64,000 nt of DNA from Trueperaceae bacterium. GTDB lineage: Bacteria > Deinococcota > Deinococci > Deinococcales > Trueperaceae. Shown here piece after piece: positions 30,013-39,180 of the stretch. The position numbers and the translations under genes were made by a program. Every line of letters begins with the position of its first letter. Position 1 is the first letter of the stretch. The DNA is taken from the NCBI GenBank assembly GCA_965213925.1, contig OZ243927.1, positions 4,320,001 through 4,384,000 on the forward strand, read 5' to 3'. The notes below the pieces were generated by a model. It saw only the letters and a program-made list of their open reading frames with translations, made no database searches and was not told where the DNA came from.

Positions 30013-31899
30013 TTATCCTGCGGGTTTGAAGTCGGCGTCCACGACGTCTTCGTCGTCCTGGGGCGGCGCGTCCTGTCCACCTTGTTCGCCGTCCTGGGGC
30101 TCTTGTGGCGCGTTCGCCTGCTGGAACGCGGCGAGCTTCTCGGCTAACTCTTGCCCGATCTCTTCCAAGCGGCTTTTGGGCGCGTCGCTGTCGATGGCGC
30201 TCTGCGCTTCGGCAACCGTGCGCTTGACGGGCTGCTTGTCCTCGTCGGAGGCGCTTTCCGCCTCGTCCACGACCTTCTGCGCTTGGGCGCGGAGCGAGTC
30301 GAGCGCGTTCTTCGCTTCGATGTGCTCGCGGGCTTCGCGGTCTTTTTCGGCGTTGGCTTGCGCGTCTTGGACCATGCGCTCGACTTCGTCCTCGGCGAGC
30401 GTCGTGGTGTTCTGAATGGTGATGGACGCCTCTTTGCCCGTGGACTTCTCCTTCGCGGTGACGTTCAAGATGCCGTTCGCGTCGATGTCGTAGGAGATTT
30501 CGACCTGGGGCATACCCGCCATCATCGGGGGGATGCCGTCCAACTTAAAGCGGCCTAAGGACTTGTTGTCGTTCGCCATCGAGCGCTCGCCCTGGAGGAC
30601 GTGCACCTCGACGCCCGTCTGGTTGTTCTCGGCGGTGGTGAAGGTCTCGGACTTGCGCACCGGGATGGCGGTATTGCGCTCGACGAGCTTGGTAAATACG
30701 CCGCCCTTAGTCTCGACGCCCAAGGAGAGCGGGGTCACGTCTAAGAGGACGATGTCGTCCACGTCGCCGGTTAAAACGCCCGCTTGCACCGCTGCGCCGA
30801 GTGCCACGACCTCGTCAGGGTTGACCGACTGGTTGGGCGCTTTGCCGAGCATTTCCTGGACGATCTTCTTCACGGCGGGCACGCGGCTCGAGCCTCCCAC
30901 CAAGATCACTTCGTCGATGTCGCTCTTGGAGAGCTTCGCGTCCTTGAGTGCCGCTTCGACGGGTCCGCGAACGCGGTCTAAAAGAGGTGAGATGAGTTCT
31001 TCGAACTTGCTCCTCGAGAGCTTCTTCTCCAAGTACAAGGGCGCGTTCGACGCCGGGTCCATCGCGATGAAGGGCAAGCTGATGGTCGTCTCGGGAATGC
31101 CCGAAAGCTCGATTTTCGCCTTCTCCGCCGCTTCGATGAGGCGCTGGAGCGCCTGCTTATCTTTGCGCAGGTCGACGTTGTACTCTTTCTTGAAGTCTTC
31201 CGCGAGCCAGTTGACGATGGCGTAGTCGAAGTCCGAGCCGCCCAAATGCGTGTCGCCCGAGGTCGAGCGCACTTCAAAGACGCCGTCACCGACTTCGAGT
31301 ACGGACACATCGAAGGTGCCGCCGCCTAAGTCGAAGACTAAAACCGTCTCGTTACCTTTTCTCTCTAAACCGTACGCCAGAGCTGCGGCGGTCGGCTCGT
31401 TGACGATGCGCAAAACATCTAAACCCGCGATTTTACCCGCGTTCTGGGTCGCTTCACGCTGCGAGTTATTGAAGTACGCAGGAACCGTAATGACCGCTTT
31501 CGTGATCTTCTCACCTAGAGTTGAGGAGGCATCCTCGACGAGCTTTTGCAAGACCATCGCGGAAACTTCTTCGGGGGTGTACTTCTTGTTGCCGACGACA
31601 AAACGCACGCCGCCGTCGTCGCCGCGCACCACTTCGTAAGGGGAGCGCTCGGCTTCCTCTTTAACTTCGTCCCAGGTGCGCCCCATGTAGCGCTTCACTT
31701 CGAAAAGCGTACCTTGCGCGTTCAGGACCGCTTGGCGCTTCGCGACCTGTCCAACAAGGCGCTGCTCGTCCTTGAAAGCCACCACGGACGGCGTGGTGCG
31801 GTTGCCCTCGCTGTTGACCAAAACGGTGGGTTCGCCACCTTCCATCACCGCGATGACGCTGTTGGTCGTACCTAAGTCTATGCCTACTGCTTTTGCCAT
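30013..31899 (-). CDS. dnaK: Hsp70 chaperone
   Basis: [33 protein letters not shown]-terminus. Confidence 0.98.
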   Translation of the reverse strand: MAKAVGIDLGTTNSVIAVMEGGEPTVLVNSEGNRTTPSVVAFKDEQRLVGQVAKRQAVLNAQGTLFEVKRYMGRTWDEVKEEAERSPYEVVRGDDGGVRFVVGNKKYTPEEVSAMVLQKLVEDASSTLGEKITKAVITVPAYFNNSQREATQNAGKIAGLDVLRIVNEPTAAALAYGLERKGNETVLVFDLGGGTFDVSVLEVGDGVFEVRSTSGDTHLGGSDFDYAIVNWLAEDFKKEYNVDLRKDKQALQRLIEAAEKAKIELSGIPETTISLPFIAMDPASNAPLYLEKKLSRSKFEELISPLLDRVRGPVEAALKDAKLSKSDIDEVILVGGSSRVPAVKKIVQEMLGKAPNQSVNPDEVVALGAAVQAGVLTGDVDDIVLLDVTPLSLGVETKGGVFTKLVERNTAIPVRKSETFTTAENNQTGVEVHVLQGERSMANDNKSLGRFKLDGIPPMMAGMPQVEISYDIDANGILNVTAKEKSTGKEASITIQNTTTLAEDEVERMVQDAQANAEKDREAREHIEAKNALDSLRAQAQKVVDEAESASDEDKQPVKRTVAEAQSAIDSDAPKSRLEEIGQELAEKLAAFQQANAPQEPQDGEQGGQDAPPQDDEDVVDADFKPAG

Positions 31900-31980
31900 G
31901 GTTTCTCCTTTTGTGTTCGGGTCTTTAGTCTGCCTTGCAGTCGGTGGGATGAAGATGTGTTCAAATATTCTGGAGAATAT

Positions 31981-32063
31981 CTAAGTGCAAGGCACTCAAT
32001 CTTGTTGAAAGTATAACAACATCATTCAAGCTTGTCAATAGATATGAGTCTAGTTATATCAAG
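31981..32063 (-). promoter_or_regulatory. dnaK promoter (TTGACA-17-TATACT) flanked by two HspR HAIR-like operators
   Basis: -35 at 32033-32038, -10 at 32010-32015; minus-strand TTGAGT-N7-ACTTAG (31981-31999) and CTTGATA-N7-ACTCATA (32043-32063) resemble CTTGAGT-N7-ACTCAAG. Confidence 0.75.
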
Positions 32064-32374
32064 TTTATAGAGGGTCTCTTTTAATTTTCTACGGTAGATG
32101 CGCGGGGCTCGTGTTCCACGATGCCCATCAGCACTTAGACTCGAGACCGACCCCGTCCCGTAAAGGTTCTACGGACGCTAACAGAAGTCCATCCTCTTAA
32201 TCTCGACCTTCTTGATGGGCGCTCTGTAAGCCTTTTCCAAGTTTTCTGACCAGAACATCTCTATGATGACGTTATACCGAGTGAAAAACTTAACACGTCG
32301 GTGTAAGACTAGGTAAGAAGACAAAAAACCGGGGGCGTTGCTCCACGACATCTCACACTTCAGGAGGAGAGCAG

Positions 32375-32908
32375 ATGAAAAAGGTTAGTTTATTCGTTTT
32401 AGGACTTTTGATGAGCGCCGCGCTAGCCCAGGACACGGGCGGCATGATGACCGGCGGCACGAGCACGGGGGGCATGATGACCGGCGGCATGACCGACGAA
32501 TCCCCTACAGTTTCGGGAACTATTGAGGCGTTAGAGGGCGGTCTCACAAACCTGTCCGCTGAGCAAGCGGTGGGTAACATCGAGGGGTGGCAGACGCGCC
32601 TAGAAAGCTCCGGCGACCCTGCCCTTTTAGCCATCGCCGAGCAGTTAGAGGAGCTTAAAGCGGCGCTACAAACCGAGGAGGTCGACCAAACGTCCGTCGG
32701 GCTGCTACTTATCGAACTAGGTGGCAGGACGAGTGCAGCGGCTGACATGGCGCAGGGTGACGAAGGGGCGCAGCTCTCCAGCCTCGGGACGCTCCTTACG
32801 GACGCGGGCTCGAGCCTCTCGGACGTCGAAGTTGAGGACGTTACGGTGACGGGGGGTGGGATGACCGGCGGCATGACAACCGGTGGTGATATGACGGGCG
32901 GAAACTAG
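32375..32908 (+). CDS. Secreted acidic helical protein with TGG(M) repeats at both ends
   Basis: AGGAGGA RBS, signal peptide ending ALA|QD, 8 TGG motifs, ends TGGN. Confidence 0.85.
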   Translation: MKKVSLFVLGLLMSAALAQDTGGMMTGGTSTGGMMTGGMTDESPTVSGTIEALEGGLTNLSAEQAVGNIEGWQTRLESSGDPALLAIAEQLEELKAALQTEEVDQTSVGLLLIELGGRTSAAADMAQGDEGAQLSSLGTLLTDAGSSLSDVEVEDVTVTGGGMTGGMTTGGDMTGGN

Positions 32909-32933
32909 CGCTTTCGCTAAAAACTGAGCAAGT

Positions 32934-32973
32934 CAAAGGACCGAGCCTCCTCGAGAAGGCTCGGTCCTTTTTT
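32934..32973 (+). terminator. Intrinsic terminator
   Basis: aaaggaccgagcct...aggctcggtcctttttt. Confidence 0.85.
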
Positions 32974-33240
32974 AACTGTTCAAAGCCGGTGAAATGGTGC
33001 TGTCGGAAACTTAATAGTAACTTTTGTGAGAATTTTAGTGAGAAAGGAAAGCTTAAAACGCCCGTCCAACACCTCTATATCTTTATAACGACGAGTTTTC
33101 TTTACCGTTTACACATATCTATCTCATCAAACACCTCTTGCATCTTCGCTCGTCAGCCTCTATACTTCTAGCCATATGGACGCAGTGTAATTTCTTACAT
33201 TTGAGTTCATATATGAAAAAGTTCACAGAAAGGAGAATTT

Positions 33241-33384
33241 ATGAAAAAGGCTCTAGGTATTTCTGCACTACTCGTCCTCGTCCTTTCGGTCTTTGCTTTA
33301 GCGCAAGATACGGGCGGCATGATGACCGGTGGCATGATGACTGGTGGCATGATGACCGGCGGTATGATGACTGGCGGAGGCTAA
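33241..33384 (+). CDS. Secreted 47-aa micro-protein MKKALGISALLVLVLSVFALAQD(TGGMM)4TGGG, absent from the ORF track
   Basis: AAGGAG RBS, signal peptide, repeats with synonymous codon variation, hairpin downstream. Confidence 0.85.
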   Translation: MKKALGISALLVLVLSVFALAQDTGGMMTGGMMTGGMMTGGMMTGGG

Positions 33385-33406
33385 GTAACGTTGCAGGCGT
33401 AAGTAA

Positions 33407-33476
33407 AGAGGGGTAGCGCTGACGCTACCCCTCTCCTAGTTTATGAAGCCTCGAGCTAAATCCCGCTCGAGGCTTT
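33407..33476. terminator. Two hairpins between convergent genes
   Basis: agaggggtagcg-ctga-cgctacccctct and aagcctcgagc...gctcgaggctt. Confidence 0.65.
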
Positions 33477-33505
33477 GAACATTGGTGAGAACACCCACAT
33501 AATTG

Positions 33506-35539
33506 TTACGCAATTTTTGGGTCAGTATCTTTCTGAACACCCTCCGCGCTCTGCGCACCTACGCTCCGCGCGCGCTCCGCGATCACCAGCGCGAGCCCGG
33601 CGCTCAGCGACCACCACACCAGGTGACTGAACTGGGCGGTGTCGAACCAAGCTAGACAGTAGACGAGGTGGACCAAGGCGACGACCTCGAGGCCGCGCCC
33701 TATCCCGCTTCCGGTCAAATAGATGAAATAGCCGATCAGCAGCAAGTAGGCGACAAACCCGACGATGCCCACCGACAGAATCGTATCTATAAAGAAGTTG
33801 TGCGCTTTGTTGGTGTAGACGCGCCCAACTCGCTCCTGACCATCGGTGCCGATATACCTGAAATTGTAGTTATTATTTTCCAGCACCTCTTGCACGGGCA
33901 CGTTATCGTCTAAGCGGTCGATGAGTCCATACTTAAAAGGGTCTTCCCAGTCCGCGACGAAGGGCCAGGAAAGCCCGAAGCCGTTGAAGCCCCAGCCGAA
34001 GAGCGGCCGCTCCTTGATGCCTGCGTAGCCCGTGCGCCACAGATAGGTACGTCCCGAGGAGAGGTCGTCCCAGTTGCCGTCCAGCGAGGGCATCTTCCTC
34101 ATCCCGCCGCCGCCCGTCAAGACGAGGAGGAACGCGCCGCCTAGTACGACGGGAATCATTAGAGCGAGAAGCGCCCTAACCTTTCCCGAAGACCTGCGCC
34201 AGAAACGCGCCAGCGGAAACCGCACCAAGAGGTAAATAAGCCCGACGATAAAGGCGAACTGCGGCCCGCGCGACGAGGTGAGATAGACCCCGCCGACGAG
34301 CACGATGAAAAGAGGCCAGAAGAGGGTAGGTCTGAGCCAACCCCTCATCAGACTCAGCAGCGCGAGAACGCCTGCGAACGCCAGCACGATGGCGGCGTGC
34401 CCCCGGTGTGAGTAGAGACCGATGGGCATCCACGTGACGAAAGCACCGCTCCGGAGTCTATTCGCGTATGCGCGCTCACCCGAGGTCGCCGTATAGTCTA
34501 TCGTCCAGTCGAAGGCTTGAGGCACCAAGCTCAGCGCGAGGATAAAGGAGCCGAGCAAGATGCCGTAGAGCTGCACCTTAAAGAACCTCGGGTTGAGACT
34601 CAGCAGCAGAACGTTGCCGAGCGTGAACGCGCCGACGATCGCCCAGTAGTACCAGCCGTCACCCATCTCGACCTGCCCGCGTAGAGCGCTCACGGGTGCA
34701 GGGCTTAAATACACCGAAAGTAGCCCTAGAGCGAGGTAGACCATCCATAGAATGAGCGAGCCGCGCCACGCAGGGTGCGACGTCACCGCCGCTAAGTCCG
34801 CTTCCTTCTCATCAACCGCTGCTTCGGGCACCGCGCTTCTCGCCGCCATGAGCCAGCGGAGCAGCACCACACCCCAAGCGAGGAGCGTAAACATGAGTGC
34901 AACAACGATTTGATTGCGCGTGGGTTCCAAGTGGAGCGCGCCCGGCAAGAGTGTCGCGGCGAGCAAGTAGCTCCAGACCAGCGTGGTGAAAATCGCGACA
35001 AACGAGGTTTCGTGCTGAATATCCGTCCAACCAGGCACCCCTTTCGCCCTGGTGAGCCACGTGAAGAGCACGACGCCCCAGGCGAGCACGGTGGTAAGCG
35101 CAGCTATGAAGAGCTTGTTGTCGCCGATAAGCTCCGGGTAGAACGAGCCTGGAATAAAACGGCTCAGGAGCAAATAGCTCCAACCCATAAGCGTGAGTAC
35201 GGTGGCGAGCGAGATGTGCCGTCCGAGCATCCTCTGCCTCGCGCCCTCTTGTCTTTCGTCCTCTTGTCTCTCGTCCTCGCTACCCGTTTTAGCTTCACCG
35301 GGCGAAAGCCACCTGTAGAGGAGATAGCCCCAAGTCGTCAACGTAAGAAAGATGATGACGAAGACCTTAGGGCGCGTCCAGATGGGTCCCCTGCCGTTGC
35401 CGCCCCAAGGGTCTATCGCTAAGACGACTGCAGCGAAGAGTCCGCCGTAAAGAACCGTCAAGGCGACGCTCCACCACACAACCCGAGCTTTGGACCCCGC
35501 CCGCGTCTCGCCCCTTTGCCCTAATGCCGAAGACGACAT
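33506..35539 (-). CDS. O-antigen ligase / O-oligosaccharyltransferase family (Wzy_C) membrane protein
   Basis: LTSSRG, SGRTYLW, IKERPLFGWGFNGF, KAHNFFID..VGIVG; many TM helices. Confidence 0.88.
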   Translation of the reverse strand: MSSSALGQRGETRAGSKARVVWWSVALTVLYGGLFAAVVLAIDPWGGNGRGPIWTRPKVFVIIFLTLTTWGYLLYRWLSPGEAKTGSEDERQEDERQEGARQRMLGRHISLATVLTLMGWSYLLLSRFIPGSFYPELIGDNKLFIAALTTVLAWGVVLFTWLTRAKGVPGWTDIQHETSFVAIFTTLVWSYLLAATLLPGALHLEPTRNQIVVALMFTLLAWGVVLLRWLMAARSAVPEAAVDEKEADLAAVTSHPAWRGSLILWMVYLALGLLSVYLSPAPVSALRGQVEMGDGWYYWAIVGAFTLGNVLLLSLNPRFFKVQLYGILLGSFILALSLVPQAFDWTIDYTATSGERAYANRLRSGAFVTWMPIGLYSHRGHAAIVLAFAGVLALLSLMRGWLRPTLFWPLFIVLVGGVYLTSSRGPQFAFIVGLIYLLVRFPLARFWRRSSGKVRALLALMIPVVLGGAFLLVLTGGGGMRKMPSLDGNWDDLSSGRTYLWRTGYAGIKERPLFGWGFNGFGLSWPFVADWEDPFKYGLIDRLDDNVPVQEVLENNNYNFRYIGTDGQERVGRVYTNKAHNFFIDTILSVGIVGFVAYLLLIGYFIYLTGSGIGRGLEVVALVHLVYCLAWFDTAQFSHLVWWSLSAGLALVIAERARSVGAQSAEGVQKDTDPKIA

Positions 35540-35701
35540 AGCCTCGCCTCCCTTTCACCGCTCAACTGTTTGGTATGTATTCGCTCTATGGAGGGACAGC
35601 CCGCAAGTCGGGCGCTCGTTCGTTGGCACATAGGGAGATTTTAGCAAGTTTCGTGTGGCATTTGTCACGCGCCGCCGCTTTTAGAAGGAGTGTGAAGGCT
35701 C

Positions 35702-36592
35702 TCAGTCCGAACTCGGCGCAGGCTTGGGCATCTCTGCTAGAGCGAACTTTTCGGCGTGTTCCTCACGAAAGGCGTGCCAACCCGACCAATCTTTGGGGCG
35801 CTCCTGCTGCTCCGACCACATCCAAAACGTCGAGTAAAGCGCCCGCGCTGTGCGCAGCTCCTCGTAAAAGATGCGGGCGCTAAGCCCTCCCTCTTCCAAG
35901 TAGCCCGACGTTTCGAACTCGCGCAGCGCCGCCTCCCGGTCATAGCTCACTGCCCTGAATTCAGGCGTCCAGCCCTCGTCTTCCCCCGCGTCGTCTAGGC
36001 GCATAAGCAAGTATTGCGCCCTGGGGTCGCCATTAAAGGGCGTGCCGACCGCGCCCGTGTTAAGCACGGTGTAGGGTCCCCAGTAACGCTCCATCTGACG
36101 GTGCGTGTGCGAACCGATGAGCACATCCGCGGGGTGATGCTGCACGATCTCGGCGATATCTTCGTCGCTCAAAAACTTGCCGTAGCCTTCGCGGTAGTGG
36201 CGCGGACTGCCGTGGGAAACGAGCAAGCTGGGCGCGTCACCTTTTTCAACTCTGTAGGTCATCGGTAGGTCGCGGAAGATGCCTATAAGCCCCGCACCGT
36301 CGAGCTGCCGCGCCGACCACGCGGTCCCTTCCCAGAAGGGGTCGTCGAACCAGACGACGGGCAAGCTTTCGTCTCTATCTATCCACTTGCGCACCAAGTC
36401 GTCGTGGTTGCCGAGGGTCATGGGATAACCGAGCGCCAAAAGGCGCTCTAACACCGCCACGTTGTTCGGACCCCGGTTCACCACGTCACCGTTGACGACG
36501 ACCTCTTCGACGCCTAGCGAATTAATATCAGCCAAAACCGCCTCCAACGCATGGAGGTTCGCGTGGATGTCTGAAATAACGGCAATAATCAA
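35702..36592 (-). CDS. Calcineurin-like metallophosphoesterase
   Basis: SDIHAN, GDVVNRG, LGNHD, HGSP, SHTH, NTGAVG. Confidence 0.92.
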   Translation of the reverse strand: MIIAVISDIHANLHALEAVLADINSLGVEEVVVNGDVVNRGPNNVAVLERLLALGYPMTLGNHDDLVRKWIDRDESLPVVWFDDPFWEGTAWSARQLDGAGLIGIFRDLPMTYRVEKGDAPSLLVSHGSPRHYREGYGKFLSDEDIAEIVQHHPADVLIGSHTHRQMERYWGPYTVLNTGAVGTPFNGDPRAQYLLMRLDDAGEDEGWTPEFRAVSYDREAALREFETSGYLEEGGLSARIFYEELRTARALYSTFWMWSEQQERPKDWSGWHAFREEHAEKFALAEMPKPAPSSD

Positions 36593-36680
36593 AGTAGTGC
36601 AACTATACCAAGTAAGGCGTCACGGCTTTGTAGAGTGTGCCGTGGTAGGTCGTCTGACCAACACGTTCTCGCGCGCCCAT

Positions 36681-36920
36681 CTACTCTCGCGCTTCGCTTC
36701 TCAAATCGAAGAGCATCCGGTGCTTGACCGCCTCGCCAAACATCGCCAAGCCCGCGTTGAGTACGACTAGGCTTAGCGTACCCCACGTAAACCAGGTGCC
36801 GAAACTCGCTCTTTCGATCCTGCGTTGGACGGCGTAGCCCAGCAAACTCGCGCCGAAGCCGACCGTTCCTAGCGAGACGGGCGCGAGCCAGCGCCACTTC
36901 TTGTAGTGCTCGTCGTTCAT
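36681..36920 (-). CDS. Small 2-TM membrane protein
   Basis: GGAGG RBS, two hydrophobic segments, C-terminal GEAVKHR. Confidence 0.65.
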   Translation of the reverse strand: MNDEHYKKWRWLAPVSLGTVGFGASLLGYAVQRRIERASFGTWFTWGTLSLVVLNAGLAMFGEAVKHRMLFDLRSEARE

Positions 36921-37044
36921 GAGGCACCTCCAAAAGCAGCCTGACATGCTTTTAGAGCTAACACAAGCTTGGGGAGCAACCAGCTACTCCGAGTTCACGC
37001 AGTTCTGCGGTAGAGCACGGGTATAGGCAATAGAGCGTAGATAA

Positions 37045-37135
37045 TAAAAAAGCGCTCGCCTATGAACAACTTTGGGAGCGCGTCTTCTTGCTGATTGATA
37101 AAAAGTATTATACACCCGTATGCGCTATTCGTCAA
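37045..37135 (-). ncRNA. Consensus promoter with a ~55-nt terminated transcript (candidate sRNA or attenuator)
   Basis: TTGACG (37135-37130)-17-TATAAT (37112-37107); gcgctc...gagcgc-tttttt terminator. Confidence 0.45.
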
Positions 37136-37396
37136 GAGGTTGCACCCAAACCCGGACGAAAGTCTGTATAACGCTTTTCGGATTTGTCAAAAACCTCTTT
37201 GGAGACGAAGAAGCTGCCTCTCTGAGAACCCGAAGCGGTTTTACCGTTCTGAACGGACTCAACTTAGTTTCGTCCGAGTTTTAGCTTGCACTCGAGTCGT
37301 TGAGGCTCGAGCCCTCACACCGATATCCCGCTCTTTTTCTACTTCAAATCTAACCAAACCTTGTTTTGGAGCGCCCAAAGGGCGTTTAATAAGCGC

Positions 37397-38383
37397 ATGA
37401 CTGCGACTTTATCCGAGCACGCAAGCTTTGCAGGTATTCAAAAGGCAGCGGAGCGTTTAGAAGGAACCGCCGTGCGCACGCCGCTCATTCGTTTACCCTT
37501 TTACAAAAACGTCTACGCCAAAGCCGAGAGCTTGCAGCTTACGGGCTCATTCAAGCTGCGCGGGGCGTACAATTTTCTCGCGTCGTTGGGTGAAGAGGTG
37601 CGGACAAGGGGAGTGGTGGCGTTCTCGAGCGGCAACCACGCCCAGGGCGTCGCCTGCGCCGCGCACCTCTTCGGCGTGAGCGCGACCATCGTCATCCCCG
37701 ATAACGCACCCGACATCAAAGTGCAGCGCACTAGAGCGTGGGGCGCAGAGGTGGTGCGCTGTGAAAGTCGGAGCGGCGAGCGTGAGCGAGTGGCGCATGA
37801 ACTCGCCCGAACGACAGGTAAGACGCTCGTGCCCCCCTTCGACCATCCCTGGATTATCGAGGGGCAAGGCACGGTGGGCTTGGAAATCGCTGAGGACTTA
37901 CCCCAAGTTGCCAACGTCTTGGTCTGTCTGGGCGGCGGAGGTCTGTTGGCAGGCATCGCGACCGCTATCCGCGAACGCTGCCCCGACGCGCAGGTCGTTG
38001 GCGTGGAGCCCGAACTCGCTGCTGATGGGAAGGCGTCGTTTGACTCGGGCACGCTGCAAACGTGGGACATGGCGCTCACCGCGCGAACGGTGGCGGACGG
38101 GGTGAGGACGCAGAGCTTAGGGGAGCACACCTTCGCGATCATTCGGGAGAAAGTGGCGGGCATCGTTACGGTCTCCGAAGAGGCGATTCTGGAGGCGACG
38201 AGGGACTACCTCACCGACGCCAAACTCGTCGTCGAGCCGACAGGCGCGATCACGCTAGCGGCGTATCGGCGGCTTTTGGAGGGTCCGGTAGACGGTCTCA
38301 GCCTGAAGGAAGGACCGACCGTTCTGCTCGTGAGCGGCGGCAACGCGGACCCGGCGAGGTTGGCTGACATTCTAAGGGGATAG
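37397..38383 (+). CDS. PLP-dependent threonine/serine dehydratase (racemase-like)
   Basis: KAESLQLTGSFKLRGA, FSSGNHAQG, GGGGL, VSGGN. Confidence 0.92.
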   Translation: MTATLSEHASFAGIQKAAERLEGTAVRTPLIRLPFYKNVYAKAESLQLTGSFKLRGAYNFLASLGEEVRTRGVVAFSSGNHAQGVACAAHLFGVSATIVIPDNAPDIKVQRTRAWGAEVVRCESRSGERERVAHELARTTGKTLVPPFDHPWIIEGQGTVGLEIAEDLPQVANVLVCLGGGGLLAGIATAIRERCPDAQVVGVEPELAADGKASFDSGTLQTWDMALTARTVADGVRTQSLGEHTFAIIREKVAGIVTVSEEAILEATRDYLTDAKLVVEPTGAITLAAYRRLLEGPVDGLSLKEGPTVLLVSGGNADPARLADILRG

Positions 38384-38447
38384 TTCGCGAGTCTTTCGGA
38401 GCTTTCTAACGGGTTGAAACGCCGACGGGCACCGCGCGTTCGGTTAG

Positions 38448-38560
38448 TAGCAGGTATCATCTGGTCAGCTACACTCTCACTGAAAAGAACATCGCCTAGC
38501 ACGCACTTTAAGTGATGATATCTGCGGAGAAGTGTAGCAACGGTAAATGGAACTGCTATA
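38448..38560 (+). mobile_element. MITE family B copy (~113 bp)
   Basis: tagcaggtatca...ggaactgctata; similar to the reverse complement of 41196-41308. Confidence 0.8.
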
Positions 38561-38637
38561 GGTGTAGAACTCGAGTCCCTAGCCCCATCCAAAGTCTTAA
38601 CACACGAAGCGGTAGAGGCGTACTATAATCGTTGCAT

Positions 38638-39180
38638 ATGCCTTTCGGTCCACTCGTCACCCTCATGCTCCTCGTCTACATCTTATTTCTCGGCGTCGTG
38701 CTGACGCTGTGGTTCATCCTCTCGCCGGGGCGCAAGCCCGACGTACAAAAGAACGTGCAAAAGGACGCTCGAGAGAACGCCGAGCAAGACGAGGCTGAAT
38801 TTTGGAGCGTTCAGCGGGAGAGACCTACGCGCGCAGAGGAGCGAAGTGCGAAACGTTCGGCTCGGGTTTACACAGGCTCCAGCAACGACGAGGTGCGCGG
38901 CGCGAACGCAAGACCGGAAACGAACAGGGCGAGCGAGACGAGAAGAGAACGTGTCGAGACGAATAGGCGGGCGCGGGATACAGGAGCAAGAACTAGAACG
39001 AGTGATACGCGGGCAAGGGGCTCTGAAATGAGAGATGCGGGAACAAGAGACAGAGACACCAAGACGAGAGACGAGGGCGCAAAGCGCACGCCTGCGCCTA
39101 GCACGGCAACGACTAAAAAGCGCAGCAGCGACGCCTTCGAAGACTTTATCCGCTCTAAAAACGACGACTTCGAGTTTTAG
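38638..39180 (+). CDS. Hypothetical single-TM protein with an R/E/T-rich disordered tail
   Basis: N-terminal TM, low-complexity repeats, C-terminal DAFEDFIR. Confidence 0.7.
   Translation: MPFGPLVTLMLLVYILFLGVVLTLWFILSPGRKPDVQKNVQKDARENAEQDEAEFWSVQRERPTRAEERSAKRSARVYTGSSNDEVRGANARPETNRASETRRERVETNRRARDTGARTRTSDTRARGSEMRDAGTRDRDTKTRDEGAKRTPAPSTATTKKRSSDAFEDFIRSKNDDFEF

Noticed and set aside
29939..31875. Long plus-strand ORFs opposite dnaK (likewise opposite gyrA, carB, proS and the symporter)
   Set aside because: Antisense shadows of GC-rich coding sequence
33310..33380. 15-bp tandem repeat read as a mini-CRISPR or VNTR
   Set aside because: No spacers; explained by the coding pentapeptide repeat
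33138..33416. 92-aa ORF with HDDRW repeats
   Set aside because: An alternative frame of the TGGMM micro-gene; the nucleotide variation is synonymous only in the TGGMM frame
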